Shown one piece after another: positions 42,815 to 58,040 of a DNA stretch of 64,000 bases. Every line of letters begins with the position of its first letter. Position 1 is the first letter of the stretch. The notes beneath the pieces are model-generated. The model did no database searches and was not told where the DNA came from. It saw nothing but the letters and a program-made list of their open reading frames with translations. The stretch lies in the NCBI GenBank assembly GCA_964016885.1, contig OZ024742.1, positions 351,664,001 to 351,728,000 of the forward strand, read 5' to 3'. This stretch comes from Eledone cirrhosa (taxonomy: Eukaryota). The translations under genes and the position numbers were made by a program.

Positions 42815-43562
42815 ACTAGTAGAGGTAGCCGGCGTTGCACGGGTATTAAATAACAGAATGTTGCTTGGAAAACTATACTGGTACAAAATCATTGGCTTTT
42901 TCCAAAAGGGTGTTTTGCCCGGAGTAGTCCACGACTCAATATGTGCCAAATCTCAGTGTTCATATTTATCTGTAGAAAATATGTCGCCCATGTTTCAAGT
43001 TTGGTGTAAATCAGTTGCGTAATGCAGAAGTTATGATGTTTTGTTTCATTGCACTGCAATGCTTCAGTCAACACCAAGGAAGCGGTTAAAGGGGAAGATC
43101 CCCCCCCCTGGCTATAACCAATATTTGGAAAAATGAAAGTGCCCATGACCATCCGGACTACATAAGTAACCTGTCATAATTACAACGCTGCTCGTACATT
43201 CAGTATCTTGCGATCGTCTACTTGCAGCCTCCATTCACGATTCATTTTCTTCTTTTTCCTGTCTAAGCTTTCGCTGTTTTTCGACCAATGGCGGATCTCA
43301 TCAACCGTGACACACTAAGATGAGTAAAATGTTAATCAATAATTATTTAAATGTCGCACATGTGATTGTCAAGATGATGCAGAGACAGCCTTCATCCACC
43401 TAGGGGCCGCATTAGAAAAAAACCTGAATAATTTAAGAGTGCACAACATTGTGGGAACATAACACATGATTGTTCCAAATTTGAAGAAAATCGGTTGCAA
43501 AGTGTAGAAGTTATGGCTGTACGGACAAACACCCACACCCATCCTTAGTTATATATATAGAT
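42815..43562 (+). mobile_element. Non-autonomous Helentron/DINE-like element
   Basis: 5' ACTAG..CCGGCGTTGCACGGG and 3' AAATTTGAAGAAAATCGG..GGACAAACAC..TTATATATATAG, with the same architecture as 20399-21302. A further 3' fragment lies at ~44460-44590. Confidence 0.55.
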
Positions 43563-43797
43563 AGAGAGCGATATAACAAAGAGAGTTTTCGCTCTACATG
43601 GCTGAATACAATAAATGTAATCTGAGTTTTTCGAATATTAATAATAACATTCGATTCGTTTGCAATTATGAAAACAAGCCTTAATTTTATAGCGATATCA
43701 GTAGAATGGACCCTTCATTATTGCTCTTGTATGGCGACCACTACATGCATTGGAGCTTCAAGTCCTTAGAGATATATTGAACAGCCAATCTCTTATG

Positions 43798-43856
43798 TTT
43801 TATCTGATGATGGCGTTCTTAAAAACCACAGTACCCTTGAAATATGTATAATAAAA
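43798..43856 (+). ncRNA. Hammerhead ribozyme (family A-like, stem II decayed)
   Basis: TTTTAT-CTGATGA-..-GAAA-TATGTA-TA-ATAAAA. The downstream sequence resembles the 2189 and 2582 copies. Confidence 0.65.
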
Positions 43857-44781
43857 TATATATTTTGGTTATGAAAATTCTCATTTATTAATATTTTGAA
43901 TTTTATATAGATAGATATATGCGTGTTTGTGTGTGTGCGTGTGCAGACATTGTAACTTCCCCGTGGACACACACAGAGTCACAGTACGCCTTGTGTGAAA
44001 GAGAGAGAGATAGAGAAAGATACGTAAGGTTGAGGAACAGTGTGTGAAGAATAAATAAATAAAAGATAAAGATATCGAACCCTGCTATCATTTTATCCCC
44101 ACCGCAATAACCCTCACCAACCCCTCACTCTCTTTCTTTCTTAAATCTTCTCTCGTCTTTCTCATACAATCTCTCTCTCTCTCTCTCACAAAACTTCTAT
44201 TTCTCTATAGAATGGAGACAATCAAGAACACGCATTGTACATTTCTAAAAGGTTGTTGCCTCGTTTTGGAGGACTGTGTTGATGGAGGAAGAAGGGGAGT
44301 AGTGGGAAGGTGGGGTTAACATAGAGAAGTAGTATCTCCTGTACCCCCTCTAACACTGAAAAGTCTTCTCTTTTCTACTCCATTTTAAAGATTCCCCAGG
44401 GGTGCCATTATTGATTTTTACTGAAATCCAATTAATCAGTCCTGTTTCTGAATATTAGCTTAAAATGTGTGTAAAGTTTCAGCAGGATCGGATCACTGGT
44501 GTAGGCAGCAACTGGTTATACATAGATACACAGATACACACATACACAGATACATAGACACACAAACATTGCCATTTATATAGTATATATGTATATATAT
44601 AGTCCATATATATATATATATATCTGCGTCCAGAAATAGGCGTCGTAACGGCTTGACCTCTGCCGTCGGAGTCCTGACCCTGTTCATATTACCCACTCTA
44701 CTACCCAAAGTATCGAGTACTGTGGTGCGTTATGGTCCACCTGCTTCTCCACCACACTTCCTTCGTTATATATATATATAC

Positions 44782-44899
<118 letters not shown>

Positions 44900-45031
44900 G
44901 TATACACACGCAAGCGCACACATATACACACACACGCATGCGCACGCACAAACACATATACATATATATATATTTATATATAGTGTTATTATCTGTAGTG
45001 GTAGACCACACAGTCCATGGGACGAGTTAGG

Positions 45032-45222
45032 TAGAAGTGGTTACACAGAAGTTAGTTCAGCATACCGAGAACAATTGTTTCCCCTTAGCGGATCCTCAGC
45101 TGAGGGTCCGCTGAGGTGAAACAATTGATCTCGGAATGCTGAACTAACTGTTAGCTGAGGATCCGATAAGGTGAAACGATTGTCCTCGGTATGGTGAACT
45201 AACTGTTGTGTAACCACTTCTA
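45032..45222. repeat. Inverted plus tandem trimer of a hammerhead-containing unit (family E)
   Basis: Consensus unit AG-CTGAGGA-TCCGCTAAGGT-GAAA-CAATTG-TC-CTCGG. One minus copy and two plus copies meet at the palindrome CCTCAGCTGAGG (45094-45105). Confidence 0.8.
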
Positions 45223-45400
45223 TATATATATATATATATATATATATTTCATGTAAACAGACATTCGTTTCATTCTGACGTCACCAGCCATGTCTCTCCA
45301 TGTGCGTTTATTTGTCATAATTACGTACGAGCTGAACTAGCCTGTCTTTAATTTCCCTTTTTGGCATATTCTACAATGGTTTTAGGGTTATCGTATTTGA

Positions 45401-45480
45401 GTTCTGCTGATGAACGACTCCAAACGTGACGATGCCCACTGAAAGTTTCGTGAAATAGTATTTTTCAGACTATACAGAAC
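45401..45480 (+). ncRNA. Type I hammerhead with a hairpin stem III (family F)
   Basis: GTTCTG-CTGATGA-ACGA..TCGT-GAAA-TAGT..ACTA-TA-CAGAAC, inside a ~470 bp repeat at 45250-45720. Confidence 0.87.
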
Positions 45481-45717
45481 ATTTGTAGTTTTTCCAAATT
45501 GAAGGATGAGTATTTAGACTTTATTTTATTCGAGTTGATTTTTCCCTGGATTTCACAAAATTCTGTGGATGAATCTCAGTCTTGATTCTATTTGAATTGA
45601 GTTTGAATTATTTTCCCACTTCTTACGTTAACTATTTTTTTCCATTTTGACGTTATAGTCACTTATATATTATGAAATACTGTTGGCTTCACGCTCACAA
45701 TCATTTCTATAATTTTC

Positions 45718-45866
<149 letters not shown>

Positions 45867-46444
45867 CACACATATATGAACTATATTACTAGCTAATAAT
45901 CAAATGAGTCTGTGATATATGTTGCCAAATTTGGCGTGGTGCAGCCGAGAGAATTATATAGTAAGGTGCTACGTAGGCACACGCGGAGAGAACGACATGC
46001 TAGTAGACGGTTAAGTAGATAACTAGACAATAACAGTCACTGTAACATGCGTACGTGAAGTATTCTATTGATAAATAATGAGCACGGCTAACACAAACAC
46101 ACACACACACACATACATACACAGACACACATACATATACATACGCACACACACACACACACACATATGTATATATGTAAATATATGTGTATATATTTCT
46201 TTATATACACGCATATATCTATATATACATACATATATCTCTGTTTATATGCACACATATATCTATATAGGCAAGCATATATATACACACACACACATGT
46301 ATATATATATGTGTGTGTGTGTGTATGTGTGCGTGTGTGTGTATGTGCGTGCATGTGGGTGGATGCGTGTGTGCGTGTGTGTGTGTATAATATAATATCT
46401 AAGCGAACAGAGAATCAGTGTGGCATCATATAGATATGTAATTA

Positions 46445-46534
46445 CACATTACATATGTTTCGCAGTTGATCAACTCGAGCAAACACATCTCAATGATCAA
46501 ACCTGACTCTGAAATCGGAAGCTCCTCAGATATG
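46445..46534 (-). ncRNA. Type I hammerhead with a large stem II insertion (family D)
   Basis: CATAT-CTGAGGA-GC..GC-GAAA-CATATG(palindrome)-TA-ATGTG. Confidence 0.82.
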
Positions 46535-46818
46535 CTTTAACATATTATATATATATATATACATATACATACATATATATATACGACGTGTGGGGACAAC
46601 TGGAAAGCTTCCATTACTCATACTTCTCGCCTTCTTCACTACCTCTTCTACGGCCTCGATATGAATACCCCCTCCGCCTCCGTGGTATTTTTTTCGTGGT
46701 TATAAGAGGCTTAGCTCTGTTTCTCGACCGTTATATCGCGTGACTATCTCCCCCTCCGCCTTTTGGGATTCTTTCTCACGTCGTGTAGACGCGTTCTTGA
46801 GACTAGTAAAATGAGGTA

Positions 46819-46906
46819 TCCTCTTGATAAGTCGGCAGACCTCGCAGGGACTCTATATCTTTGATATATTGTTTTTGTTTATGCCACGAAACTACGTAGT
46901 CGAGGA
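46819..46906 (+). ncRNA. Decayed hammerhead ribozyme
   Basis: TCCTC-TTGATAA(two changes from CTGATGA)-GT.GGCA..TGCCAC-GAAA-CTACGTAG(palindrome)-TC-GAGGA. Confidence 0.65.
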
Positions 46907-46976
46907 ATTTAGGAACAGTTTAGGTATGATACATTTTATTACTAATTATATCTAAATGTTTCTTCTCTCTTCATAA

Positions 46977-47083
<107 letters not shown>

Positions 47084-47237
47084 TTCGGTGGATGTTCAGA
47101 ATGTGGGATTGCAGGGTGCAAAACCTTTCCTAACTTACATAAGCTTCAAGCGCAGGCATCACTTGACATGTGACATATTTTGAGATGCATGGTATTGCTG
47201 GCCATAGGCAAGATAAAAAGATAGAGAACGAGAGAAA

Positions 47238-47381
<144 letters not shown>

Positions 47382-47913
47382 TTGAAAATTTGAAGTTGGT
47401 AAACATAGACTTTTATATATTGATTGGAATAAAACTATTTCACGACGACTGACAGACACGTAGATAAATAGAGAGTTGGAGATACGAGAATTGATTCTCC
47501 TCCATTTTATACTGTTGTGTTTTACAAAGTACATTTGTAAATAACTGTAGTTCCTTTTGCTGGATCTGAAAAGTCTGGTGTGGAAATACCTAATACGTAG
47601 CTAACTATTAGCCAAAATACCACCAATACCAAGATGTAGATTGCTCCACACTCTCCCGTTCCCTATTTATTTTCTCCTATGTGTAGTAGCCCCTGTTCTT
47701 TCCCTCATTTTCTTCTTATTTGTGGCATTTATAGTAATTTAATTTACTTTCCTATACAAACAAATTAGTCCCTATTTATTCCCCCTTAGTTTCATTACTT
47801 CATTTCCTATTTTTTACATTTTGCGTTATTGAAAAATTGAATTGTAAAGTTTACTTGACTTAATTTCCTTTGCTCAAATAATAAAAGATAAAAATCAGTG
47901 TATAAATAAATTA

Positions 47914-48123
<210 letters not shown>

Positions 48124-48419
48124 ATATAAAGATTTACATATACATAAAGTCACAGATATATATGTGGCAACCGGTCACGGTGTGGCTCTTTTTTATATGG
48201 TTAATTATGCTAATTGTGAGAGGAAATGGTATATATTTTATCTAGTAATTCTAAGGACATGATTATGACATATATATATATATATATATATGTAGGAGGT
48301 GAGTTTTATTGTAGTACAATAAAGCAATGCAGATATCGGATAAGAAGCACTCTACAGTATGTAGGACTGGAGTATGCATAACATATACGATCAAAAGATG
48401 GTTAAAAGAGTTCCATGTA

Positions 48420-48486
48420 TTTTATTATGCGCATTTCAAAAGCAAATATCATCATGCAATAACATTTGTGTTTTCATCAGATAAAA
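48420..48486 (-). ncRNA. Type I hammerhead ribozyme (family B) in a PLE 3'-end fragment at 48291-48572
   Basis: Reverse complement of the 7082/14467 motif with an intact core and TGCGCA palindrome. Confidence 0.88.
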
Positions 48487-48693
48487 TAGGAAGACATGAT
48501 ATGAAGGTTAAAAAATACTTGTGAATAGTGCACTTTTAAATCAACATCTTTTAACCATCTTTTGATCTTATATATATTATATATATATATATATATAAAG
48601 TGGACCACCAAATATGAAATACTCTCCCTCTATGGTGACTTGACAATATGAACAATGAATAATGTCTATGTATGTATTCATAATAATGTATTC

Positions 48694-48887
48694 ATAATTG
48701 CTTCTACTACTAGGCACAAGGCCAGCAATTACCCAGTACATTACTGGTACTTTATTTTATCGACCCCGTAAGGATGAAAGGCAAAGTTAACCTCGGCGGG
48801 ATTTGAACTCAGAATGACAAGGGCCGTAACTCTATGCGTCAAAGCATGGCGTCCGACCCTTTACCTATACTACACATCCACCGCCCT
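48694..48887 (-). mobile_element. tRNA-derived SINE, full-length copy
   Basis: Complete head, core and tail. TGTATTCATAAT occurs on both sides as a probable target-site duplication. Confidence 0.88.
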
Positions 48888-49340
48888 TGTGTATTCATAA
48901 TAATGCTTGTTTTCATAATACAGTTCAAGCTTATGATTTTCAAATTGGTCATCCGCCGTTGTGCTTTTACTAAAAACTGTCATCCACAACACTGGCGCAG
49001 AACAAAATACCTGTTGATAAGGTGATATTCCCCGTTCGTTCATTATACCAAAAGCTTTTTGTTTTAAGCAGTATTATTGATATAGGATTCACAGAACCCA
49101 GTACTGGATTATACCTTCAATTCCGGGGGTCCGGGTGAATTTGTCATTTATTTTGTCTGACCCGTGTAGCTTTGGCTTAGGTGGTGAATGGGTTCTTGAC
49201 CGCTTCTCAGCTTGTATGTCCTTTATAAACTATGTTTATTGCTCAGGTCTCTTTAGCCCATGGAGCGCTTGCCAGCATTACTCAGAATTTGCGTTGCGTT
49301 CCGCTTTTTCTACCCGCCCAAATGCGATTCTCGCTGAATG

Positions 49341-49406
<66 letters not shown>

Positions 49407-49567
49407 TACCCCTCTGTTAATATACTCCGTCATTCTTCTTTTTAGAAAGTAATACGACGTTGAGTGCTAGCAGTGAATTGCATCCATGTATACTGAATGT
49501 ATATATATATATATATATACATATATATGTATATATACAATATATACATTCTCTCTATCTCTCTCAT

Positions 49568-49651
<84 letters not shown>

Positions 49652-49898
49652 TGAAATTAGAGAAATTAATGTGAGCAAGAAGCCAACAGTATTTCATAAT
49701 ATATAAGTGACTATGAAGTGAAAATGGAAAATAATTAACGTAAGAAATGGGAAAATAATTCAAACTGTATTTTAAAAAATTAAGACAGATTTTATACACA
49801 GATTTTGTGAAATCCATGGAAAAAAACAATAGAGTCTTAACTCAGAATAAAATAAAGTTTAAATACTTATCCTTCAATTTGGAAAAAACAAAACAAAT

Positions 49899-49979
49899 GC
49901 TCTATATAGTCTAAAAAAGACTATTTCACGAAACTTTTCAGTGGGATTAGTCACTGTTGGAACCGTTCCTCAGTAGAGC
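49899..49979 (-). ncRNA. Type I hammerhead with a hairpin stem III (family F)
   Basis: GCTCTA-CTGAGGA-ACGG..TCGT-GAAA-TAGTC-loop-GACTA-TA-TAGAGC, inside a ~470 bp repeat (49650-50125) inverted relative to 45250-45720. Confidence 0.88.
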
Positions 49980-50468
49980 TCAACGCGATACCCAAAACCA
50001 CTGCCAAAATATGCAAAAGGGAATTTAAAAGCAGGCTTGTTCACCTCGTACGGAATTATGAAAATAAACACACATGGAAAGACATGGCTGGTGAGGTCAG
50101 AAGGAGACGAATGTCTATTTAAAAGAAACATCAGTCAAAACTATTCCGAAGAAAACTCTACAAATTGTTTAGGAGTTCAGCAAAATAGCAATATTATCGC
50201 GGTTCTTTTTTTAAAAAAAAAGGGATTAGTAATAAATAATTTTAAGCTTTCCAGGAAAAATTCATAGTATAAATATAAATTAAAATAGAGAAATTAATGT
50301 GAGCAAGAAGCCAACTGTATTTCATAATATGCAAGTGACTATAACGTCAAAATGGAAAATAATTAACGTAAGATATGTGAAAATAATTCAAACTCAATTT
50401 TAAAAAAAATCAAGACAGAGATTTATATACACATATATATATATATAGAGAGAGAGAGAATGTATATA

Positions 50469-50629
<161 letters not shown>

Positions 50630-51160
50630 ACTATCAGTTTAAAGGACTTGACTGCTGCTTCTAGTTGTCTATAACCCAATTCACGCCACTGGGACGAAGC
50701 TGGTATCATGTGTGTATTTTTTGTGGATACAACACGTGTTACCGGCCAGTCGCTGATTGAACTTGATGCGTATACACGGATGGTTGGATCTCTTCTTTGT
50801 TGAAAATCCAGGATCTGGCTTCTGTCGTTTACCAATCGATTAATTGTTGAAATATATTTCTTTACTGGAATATATACGAGGAAGATTAATCAAATTATAA
50901 GGTATCTATTTTTGAAGTTCTAGTTAAACGTTATTTAGTTAGCAACCTAGCTATGTGTGCTTACGCACTTTTACAAATTATGCTCTGTGATTGTTTCATA
51001 TGTTTATTTATATGTCAATCATTTTCTAGTTGATATTAAATGTTCGGATCTACTCATTAGAATCTTGGAGCATATTTTACGGGTGATATGGCGCATGTCT
51101 ATCTGGCATGACACCCTTAATTTATTTTGATTTAATTTAATTTAATTCAAGTTAACTTAA

Positions 51161-51220
<60 letters not shown>

Positions 51221-51317
51221 ATACATTCAGTATACAATTATGCAATACACTTCTAGCACTCAACGTCATACTACTGCCCCAAAAGAAGGATGACGGAGTA
51301 TATTAACGGAGAGGAAA

Positions 51318-52044
<727 letters not shown>

Positions 52045-53591
52045 TTGTGTGTATAGATATAAATTTATCTTTTCAGCGTTTAATTATTGTCAGTCTAAAA
52101 TTTGGATTGCTTTGATATAATGACAATTTTGAAGAAATATACTTCAGCACTGTGCCCCTTATAATATATGCATTGATATATGTAAGCATGCTTCTACACG
52201 TGGCTGTTTATTTAAAATATGTAGAATGATTTTATTGTTCGGAACAAAAATCTATTTAAGTTAGATTTCATGTTTCCTTTCGTTTGACAGATGACCTAAT
52301 TCTTGGCTTAGTGTATGTTCCACTGATAATGTTTAATATAGCATCGAGTACTTTAAGAAATTTCGGTTTGTTTCCTAAGTGACGTTCTGTTCCTTATATA
52401 CTTATTGATATCTTGTCAATTTAAAATTGTCTTTGGTTTATTTTCGTTTTCTGAATGACAACTTAATGCCCATACTTTGACTCAAAATTACACAGATATT
52501 GCTGTACAATCAGCATAGCCCTAAATGTTCTCGCATCTATTCTGGAACAATATGTCTAACGTAGTCAGTTCTTAATACAAGCCAATTACAATTTCCTGAG
52601 CAATAAATTCACCTTAATATTTCTGTCGCGTCAATATGTAGTTTCTAGATATGTTTGCAATGGTTGAACCTCGATACCATAGGTTGCCTCGAGCTTTCTC
52701 GGAAACATTTGTACTGCGGACAAAGGGAAATTAATATCACTAAACTAAGACTGCGTTACACTATCTTATGTAATCAGTAACGTAATCCATGATACATTAA
52801 CAAAAGACGATATTATATATAAACTGCATTAAAGGAAAATTAGTAACGGATATATGAATGTTTAGTTAAGCGATCACTAACCGGAAGTGTTGACATTTGA
52901 ATATTTAAAAAGAAATGAATCTTAAAATAAGCAACACAATTATTTATATTTAATGAAGAATAACGAAATTGAGTGGATAATTATGTAATATTCATTTATT
53001 ATGTATTCAAAGTAATGCAACTTATTTTACAAACAGGATTAAAAAATATATTCTGAACGCAGTCTCGCACTCCCTACTGTATTATAATTTAGATGTGTAT
53101 AAAATGTAAAGCGTATTCCGTGAGAGTTGTTAGAAAGCTGGATAGAATGTTCTGTGATGCTCTTGTAGTTCACCCACATCAATTTAAAGTTCATTCCTCT
53201 GCTGGTGATTGCCTAGTTAATCGGAAATGGTTTCTGTCAGAGATGGATAAGGCAAAGAACCTTTTGAAACTTTCAAAGTGATAATTTTTCTGACGGTGCA
53301 CTAAACATAACGAAGAGAAATAAGTATAAATATTATCACCATCACTTTCTGTTAAAATATCTTGAAAGACATTTATAGCTGGAAGGTCTTCAAAGAAAAG
53401 ATGACATCAATCAAGTTATTGTCTGATGTTGCTGACCTTGAACTGGTCATGAGCAGAGAGGGGATAGGTGAGAGAATGATAAAAGACTTGTCAAATACAA
53501 AAGTTAATATATAAGCGACAACTACATCAGCAAGTAACAGCAATGACAACGACAAACCTACAGAGAGTAGCAACAAGAACAAAACACACCA

Positions 53592-53787
53592 ATAATAATT
53601 GTTTATACTTTTGGCACGAGGCCAACCATTATCTTAGTTTATTACTGGTATTTTATTTTATAGACCCCGTAGCGATGAAAGGCAAAGTTAACTATGGCGG
53701 GATTTGAACTCAGACCGGAAAGAGGCGTAACTCTATGTTGCAAAGCATGGCTTGCTACCCTCTATCGATACTACCAAACCATCACCC
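53592..53787 (-). mobile_element. tRNA-derived SINE copy
   Basis: Reverse complement of the SINE head, core and tail. Confidence 0.85.
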
Positions 53788-53939
53788 TTTCGACCAACAA
53801 CAGCAATAATAATGGTGATAATAAAATAAAAATAATAGTAATAATTGTTTCTACTTTTGGCACAAGGCCAGCAATTAACCAGTACATTACTGGTACTTTA
53901 ATAATGATGGTGGTAATGTCTTCTTAAATAACCACAAAA

Positions 53940-56900
53940 GACAGCACTAATAGTAATAAAATCTGAGGCTATCACCCGGCGGAGATCACCTTTGACACTT
54001 GGGACGGATGAGCTAATTAATCTTGGTTGATAATAGTTATAGTCGTGGTATGTTGAAACACAAATACCACTTGGCGGTGAAGGATAAAACGCACAAAATA
54101 AGAAAACAAGCCCCTTAAGGTCTAAAGACGAAAACATACAGGATCTGTCGTCGCTTGGGTCAGCAAGGACTGCGTTCAACAGGGAGGAATCGCCTATGGT
54201 CGAAGGCTCTGCAGTTAGAATGGACTCATCTCCAAATACGAACTTGAATCATCACTTGAACGCGATGATAATCTCAGACCAAGACTTTCATGGTCGACAT
54301 AACAAGGATGAAAAACATCTCGACCTATCACAAGGTCTTTGGAAGAGTGTACAACAAAGATGAACGCATTCTATCAATCATTGCTCAAACCATGGAGATC
54401 AAAATGAACAAGAAATTATTTTAGGGTATGGAGGGAGAGAAATCCAGAAATGTGACCAAACCTGGACGAAAACCAACTTGCAAATGTAAGAAGATATATC
54501 CATGGAAACAAGAAAGTAACAAATGCAGTGTTTAATGAAATTCTGAAAAATGTTGAAAAAGGTTTGAGAATACCATTATTAGAAGTGTAAATAAATGAAT
54601 ATTTGTCAGAAGAGTCAACATATATCTTATTGATAATGTTATTTTTAACGAGATATTTCACAGTAAATTGAAAACATCAGAAATCAACAAAGCACCTTCA
54701 AGCTGAAAGATGGATTGACAATATGGATTAGGAAATTTCTACTTATGATCATCATGACCAGTAGGAACAGACAAACAAGACATACTCACCGACATTTGAA
54801 GAATAAGAAGAAAAATGTATTATGGTTGAAAAAAGAGTCCTGACAAAAATTGAACAACCAGAACAAAGAAACACACAATAGCTGGAAATCAGTCTGTTAA
54901 ACAGATGGAATTTCATATATCATAATTGCCCGAGGCAATTTAAGCAGCAGCTACAATAATATAAAGGAAATGTGGGTTCAGGAAAAAGTCAAAACCACAC
55001 AACACTCACAAAATACACATTGGAGGGGAAAAAATGAAAAATAAATAGAAATAATGAGGGTTGAAAAATCGATCTTGGATGAAATATTTTATTGGAAATA
55101 TGTCATCAAAAACTGAAGGAAAATGACTATGGAATATAAAGTAACACCAAAACCTGATATTACATCAATTAAAGATGTCCTGAAACAGAAAGTACAACTG
55201 GAAGCCAAAATAATTAGAAGATTTGAAAAGCGAAATAAGTTTTACAGGTAAAATAATCTGATTATGTCAGATGACAAAAAGATTTTCAGTGAATTTAGAC
55301 ACTGACAATTCAGGTAAAACACATCTTTCAATTCATGAAATTAAAGAATTATGGAAAATAGTATGGAGTACAACATATCTTGTAATATGAAAGCAGAATT
55401 GATAAATAACATGGAAAACTATACAATAATTAGAAAGGCAGACTGGTGTTGACATTAAAGAACCTCAACAATTGTGTATCATATGGCATTTGTAAAGTGT
55501 CAAAGGTCTGGTTAGATTCTTTAACTGCTACCTGTGATGAGTTAGTAATTATAACAAAATTATGCACAATCCTGAGAAATCTCCTGACTGGTTTGCACAA
55601 ATTATAACATATCTATTGCAAAAATCGACAAGAACGAAGATCCCAAAGATTATAATACCATCACTTGTCTCCTCACACCATAAAACATTTTCACATCAAT
55701 CTTGACGAGAAATGTTGCAGACTTATGTATGGAAATAATCTATTCCCTATTGAGTAAAAACGATTGTCGCCGTGGATCTTTCAGGTGCACAGACAAACTT
55801 CTCATTAAAAGTATTATTCAGGAAAACTGTCATAAAATATATAAGAATCCGAGTGCTGCTCGATTGCCTATACAGAAGCATTTCATAGAGTGTCCCAAAC
55901 ATGAATTTTGAAAAGAATGGATATTCTGTATATTTTCCCCAATAAAGTCAAACATCTTGAAATGAACATGTCTAAATGACATGCAAATCTATCATCCACA
56001 CACACTCATGGAACTATAAATTTCAGCAACATAGGTATTGATCGTGATGTTTCTCAATATGATTCGGTTACTCCTCTGATATTGTATTATACTCACATCG
56101 CTGTCTTTAGTGATCGACAACACAAAATACGGCTATATGAATAGGTATGCTGCAAATAATAGTGAATTGGAACGACAATTGAAGACAGTAAAATCTCCAG
56201 CGATGGTATCGATATAGAATTTTGATTAGAAATCGGGCCAAAGCCACATCCCTTAAACGCAGAATAACAATCTCAAACTCAATGGAAATATATATTACAA
56301 CAGTTATTGCACTAGTAAAAGAAGCTGATATATATCTAGGGATCAATGAAGGCCAAATTATTCACTACACACGCATAAAGGAGAAAATCAAGAATAAATG
56401 AAGCCGGAGAATGCATGCTGCCTTGAAAACTGAGTTCAACTCAAATGATAAAATATCTGCCATATGTACGATTGCAATCCCAATTGTCACCTATACTTTT
56501 AATATGATAAATTGGAAGGATAATTAAATAAGGAAAATGGACACCCAAATCTGAAACCGTCTTTGAATTACCACCGAAAGACAAATGTGGGCTGTCTCGA
56601 TCACCCCAGAAAAAAGGGAGGTAGAGTAATAACCGAGCTGGAGTTGTCATGTAGAATATTAACCATTCGACTCTAACACTATGTTGTAAACATGATTATG
56701 TGGTGATCAACAAAGTTAATATACGATGTTTGATTATGAATGCAGATTGTCCCAATGACAATAACATTTGTGACAAAAATCTGAAATATTTTGAGAAAGA
56801 GAAACCACTAGCATGGGAGATAACACAATTATGGGCAAGGAAAACGGTTAAGGTGATACTGGTAGCATTTGGGCAAACATCAGAGAATAACTCTCCTTAG

Positions 56901-57025
56901 AAGTACCAGGATACTCAGAAATATTTGACAATTAATGATTTGATGGTGCTACCTAAAACCATTACTTGTGGACAGCTGGTACCAGTATTACATCACCAGC
57001 ACCAAATGATGTCCGACAAGTGGAT
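53940..57025 (+). mobile_element. Near full-length, heavily decayed R4/Dong-like LINE (RT plus restriction-like endonuclease)
   Basis: NLDENQLANVRRYI; IRRFEKRNKFYR; PEKSPDWF..DPKDYNTITCL; CRRGSFRCTDKLLI; C-terminal CLIMNADCPNDNNI..LAWEITQLW..VKVILV; ends at (TAA)n. Confidence 0.75.
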
Positions 57026-57230
57026 AATAATAATAATTGTTTCTACTTTTGGCACAAGGCCAGCAAATACCCAGTGCATTACTGGTACTTTATTTTATCG
57101 ACCCCGTAAGGATGAAAGGCAAAGTTTACCTCGGTGGGATTTGAAATTAGAATAGAAAGGGCCGTAAATCTATGCGTCAAAGCATGGCGTCCGACCCTCT
57201 ACCGATACTGCCAATTCATACCGCCCCTCT
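57024..57230 (-). mobile_element. tRNA-derived SINE, full-length copy
   Basis: Minus strand: GGGCGGT..TGGCAGTATCGGTAG..TTCAAATCCC..GCCTTTCATCCTTACGGGGTCGATAAAATAAAGTACCAG..GGCCTTGTGCCAAAAGTAGAAACAATTATTATT. Confidence 0.9.
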
Positions 57231-58040
57231 AATAATAATAATGGTTTCATTTATTGGCCACAAGGGCCGATATATAAAGGACAATACAATAGACGGGGGC
57301 AGTGGGTTTATTATATACAAATCGAGAAAAATAAAATAGAACAATGATAATAATATAACAAGGAAAATTCCCCAATAGGCGGGGATAAACCTTTAGGGTT
57401 GATTCGGGTGCCCCATCATCCTGAACCACCCCACGCTTAGAGGGCACCCATCTCCTCATCAAATTAATCAATCTACAGGCGCATGATGAGAGTAGGCCCA
57501 CTCACACGGGCCATTCTAGCCACATTCACCCACTTTTTAGCAAATGTACTGGGGGCAGCACTTTTCTCTTCACCCTGACCTCCCTTTCCAAATGAAATTT
57601 GAAAACGTTGATGAGAGATTGGCCCAAGAGAAAAATGTCTGTTTTCAGTCCTTTATACCTGGTCAACCATACAACCTCTTTCGTTACTTCCACCAGGCAG
57701 AGGAAAATTGCCTGCCCTTTCTGCCCAAAAGAAGGCGGCGGTTCAATCTTCACTATGGACTCGGCCGATAGCCAGATCTGTTCTACACGAGACAACAGCT
57801 GTTCGACATAACTGCACAAGTCAGTAATGCACGGACACTGGACCAGTGTGTGTAGAACGGTTTCGTCGTTTTGCGCGCATCTCGGAGAGGTCCATCTGTC
57901 AGCACCTCCGTGCTTGTAGCGTATATCTCGAGCTGGCTGTGCCCCCTGGTTGCACTGCCAAGTTATCCATGGTCACCGTCTCAAAAGTCCTCCGGAGCAG
58001 ACTGGTTACTTCGAATTTGTCGATGCCCAGTGCCTCAAAT
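57231..58040 (-). mobile_element. 3' fragment of a diverged Tx1/L1-type LINE
   Basis: YVEQLLSRV..ESIVKIEPPPSF..GQAIFLCLV..FKFHL is homologous to the ORF2 ends at 27729 and 32956. AATAAA and an (ATT)n tail follow. Confidence 0.88.
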
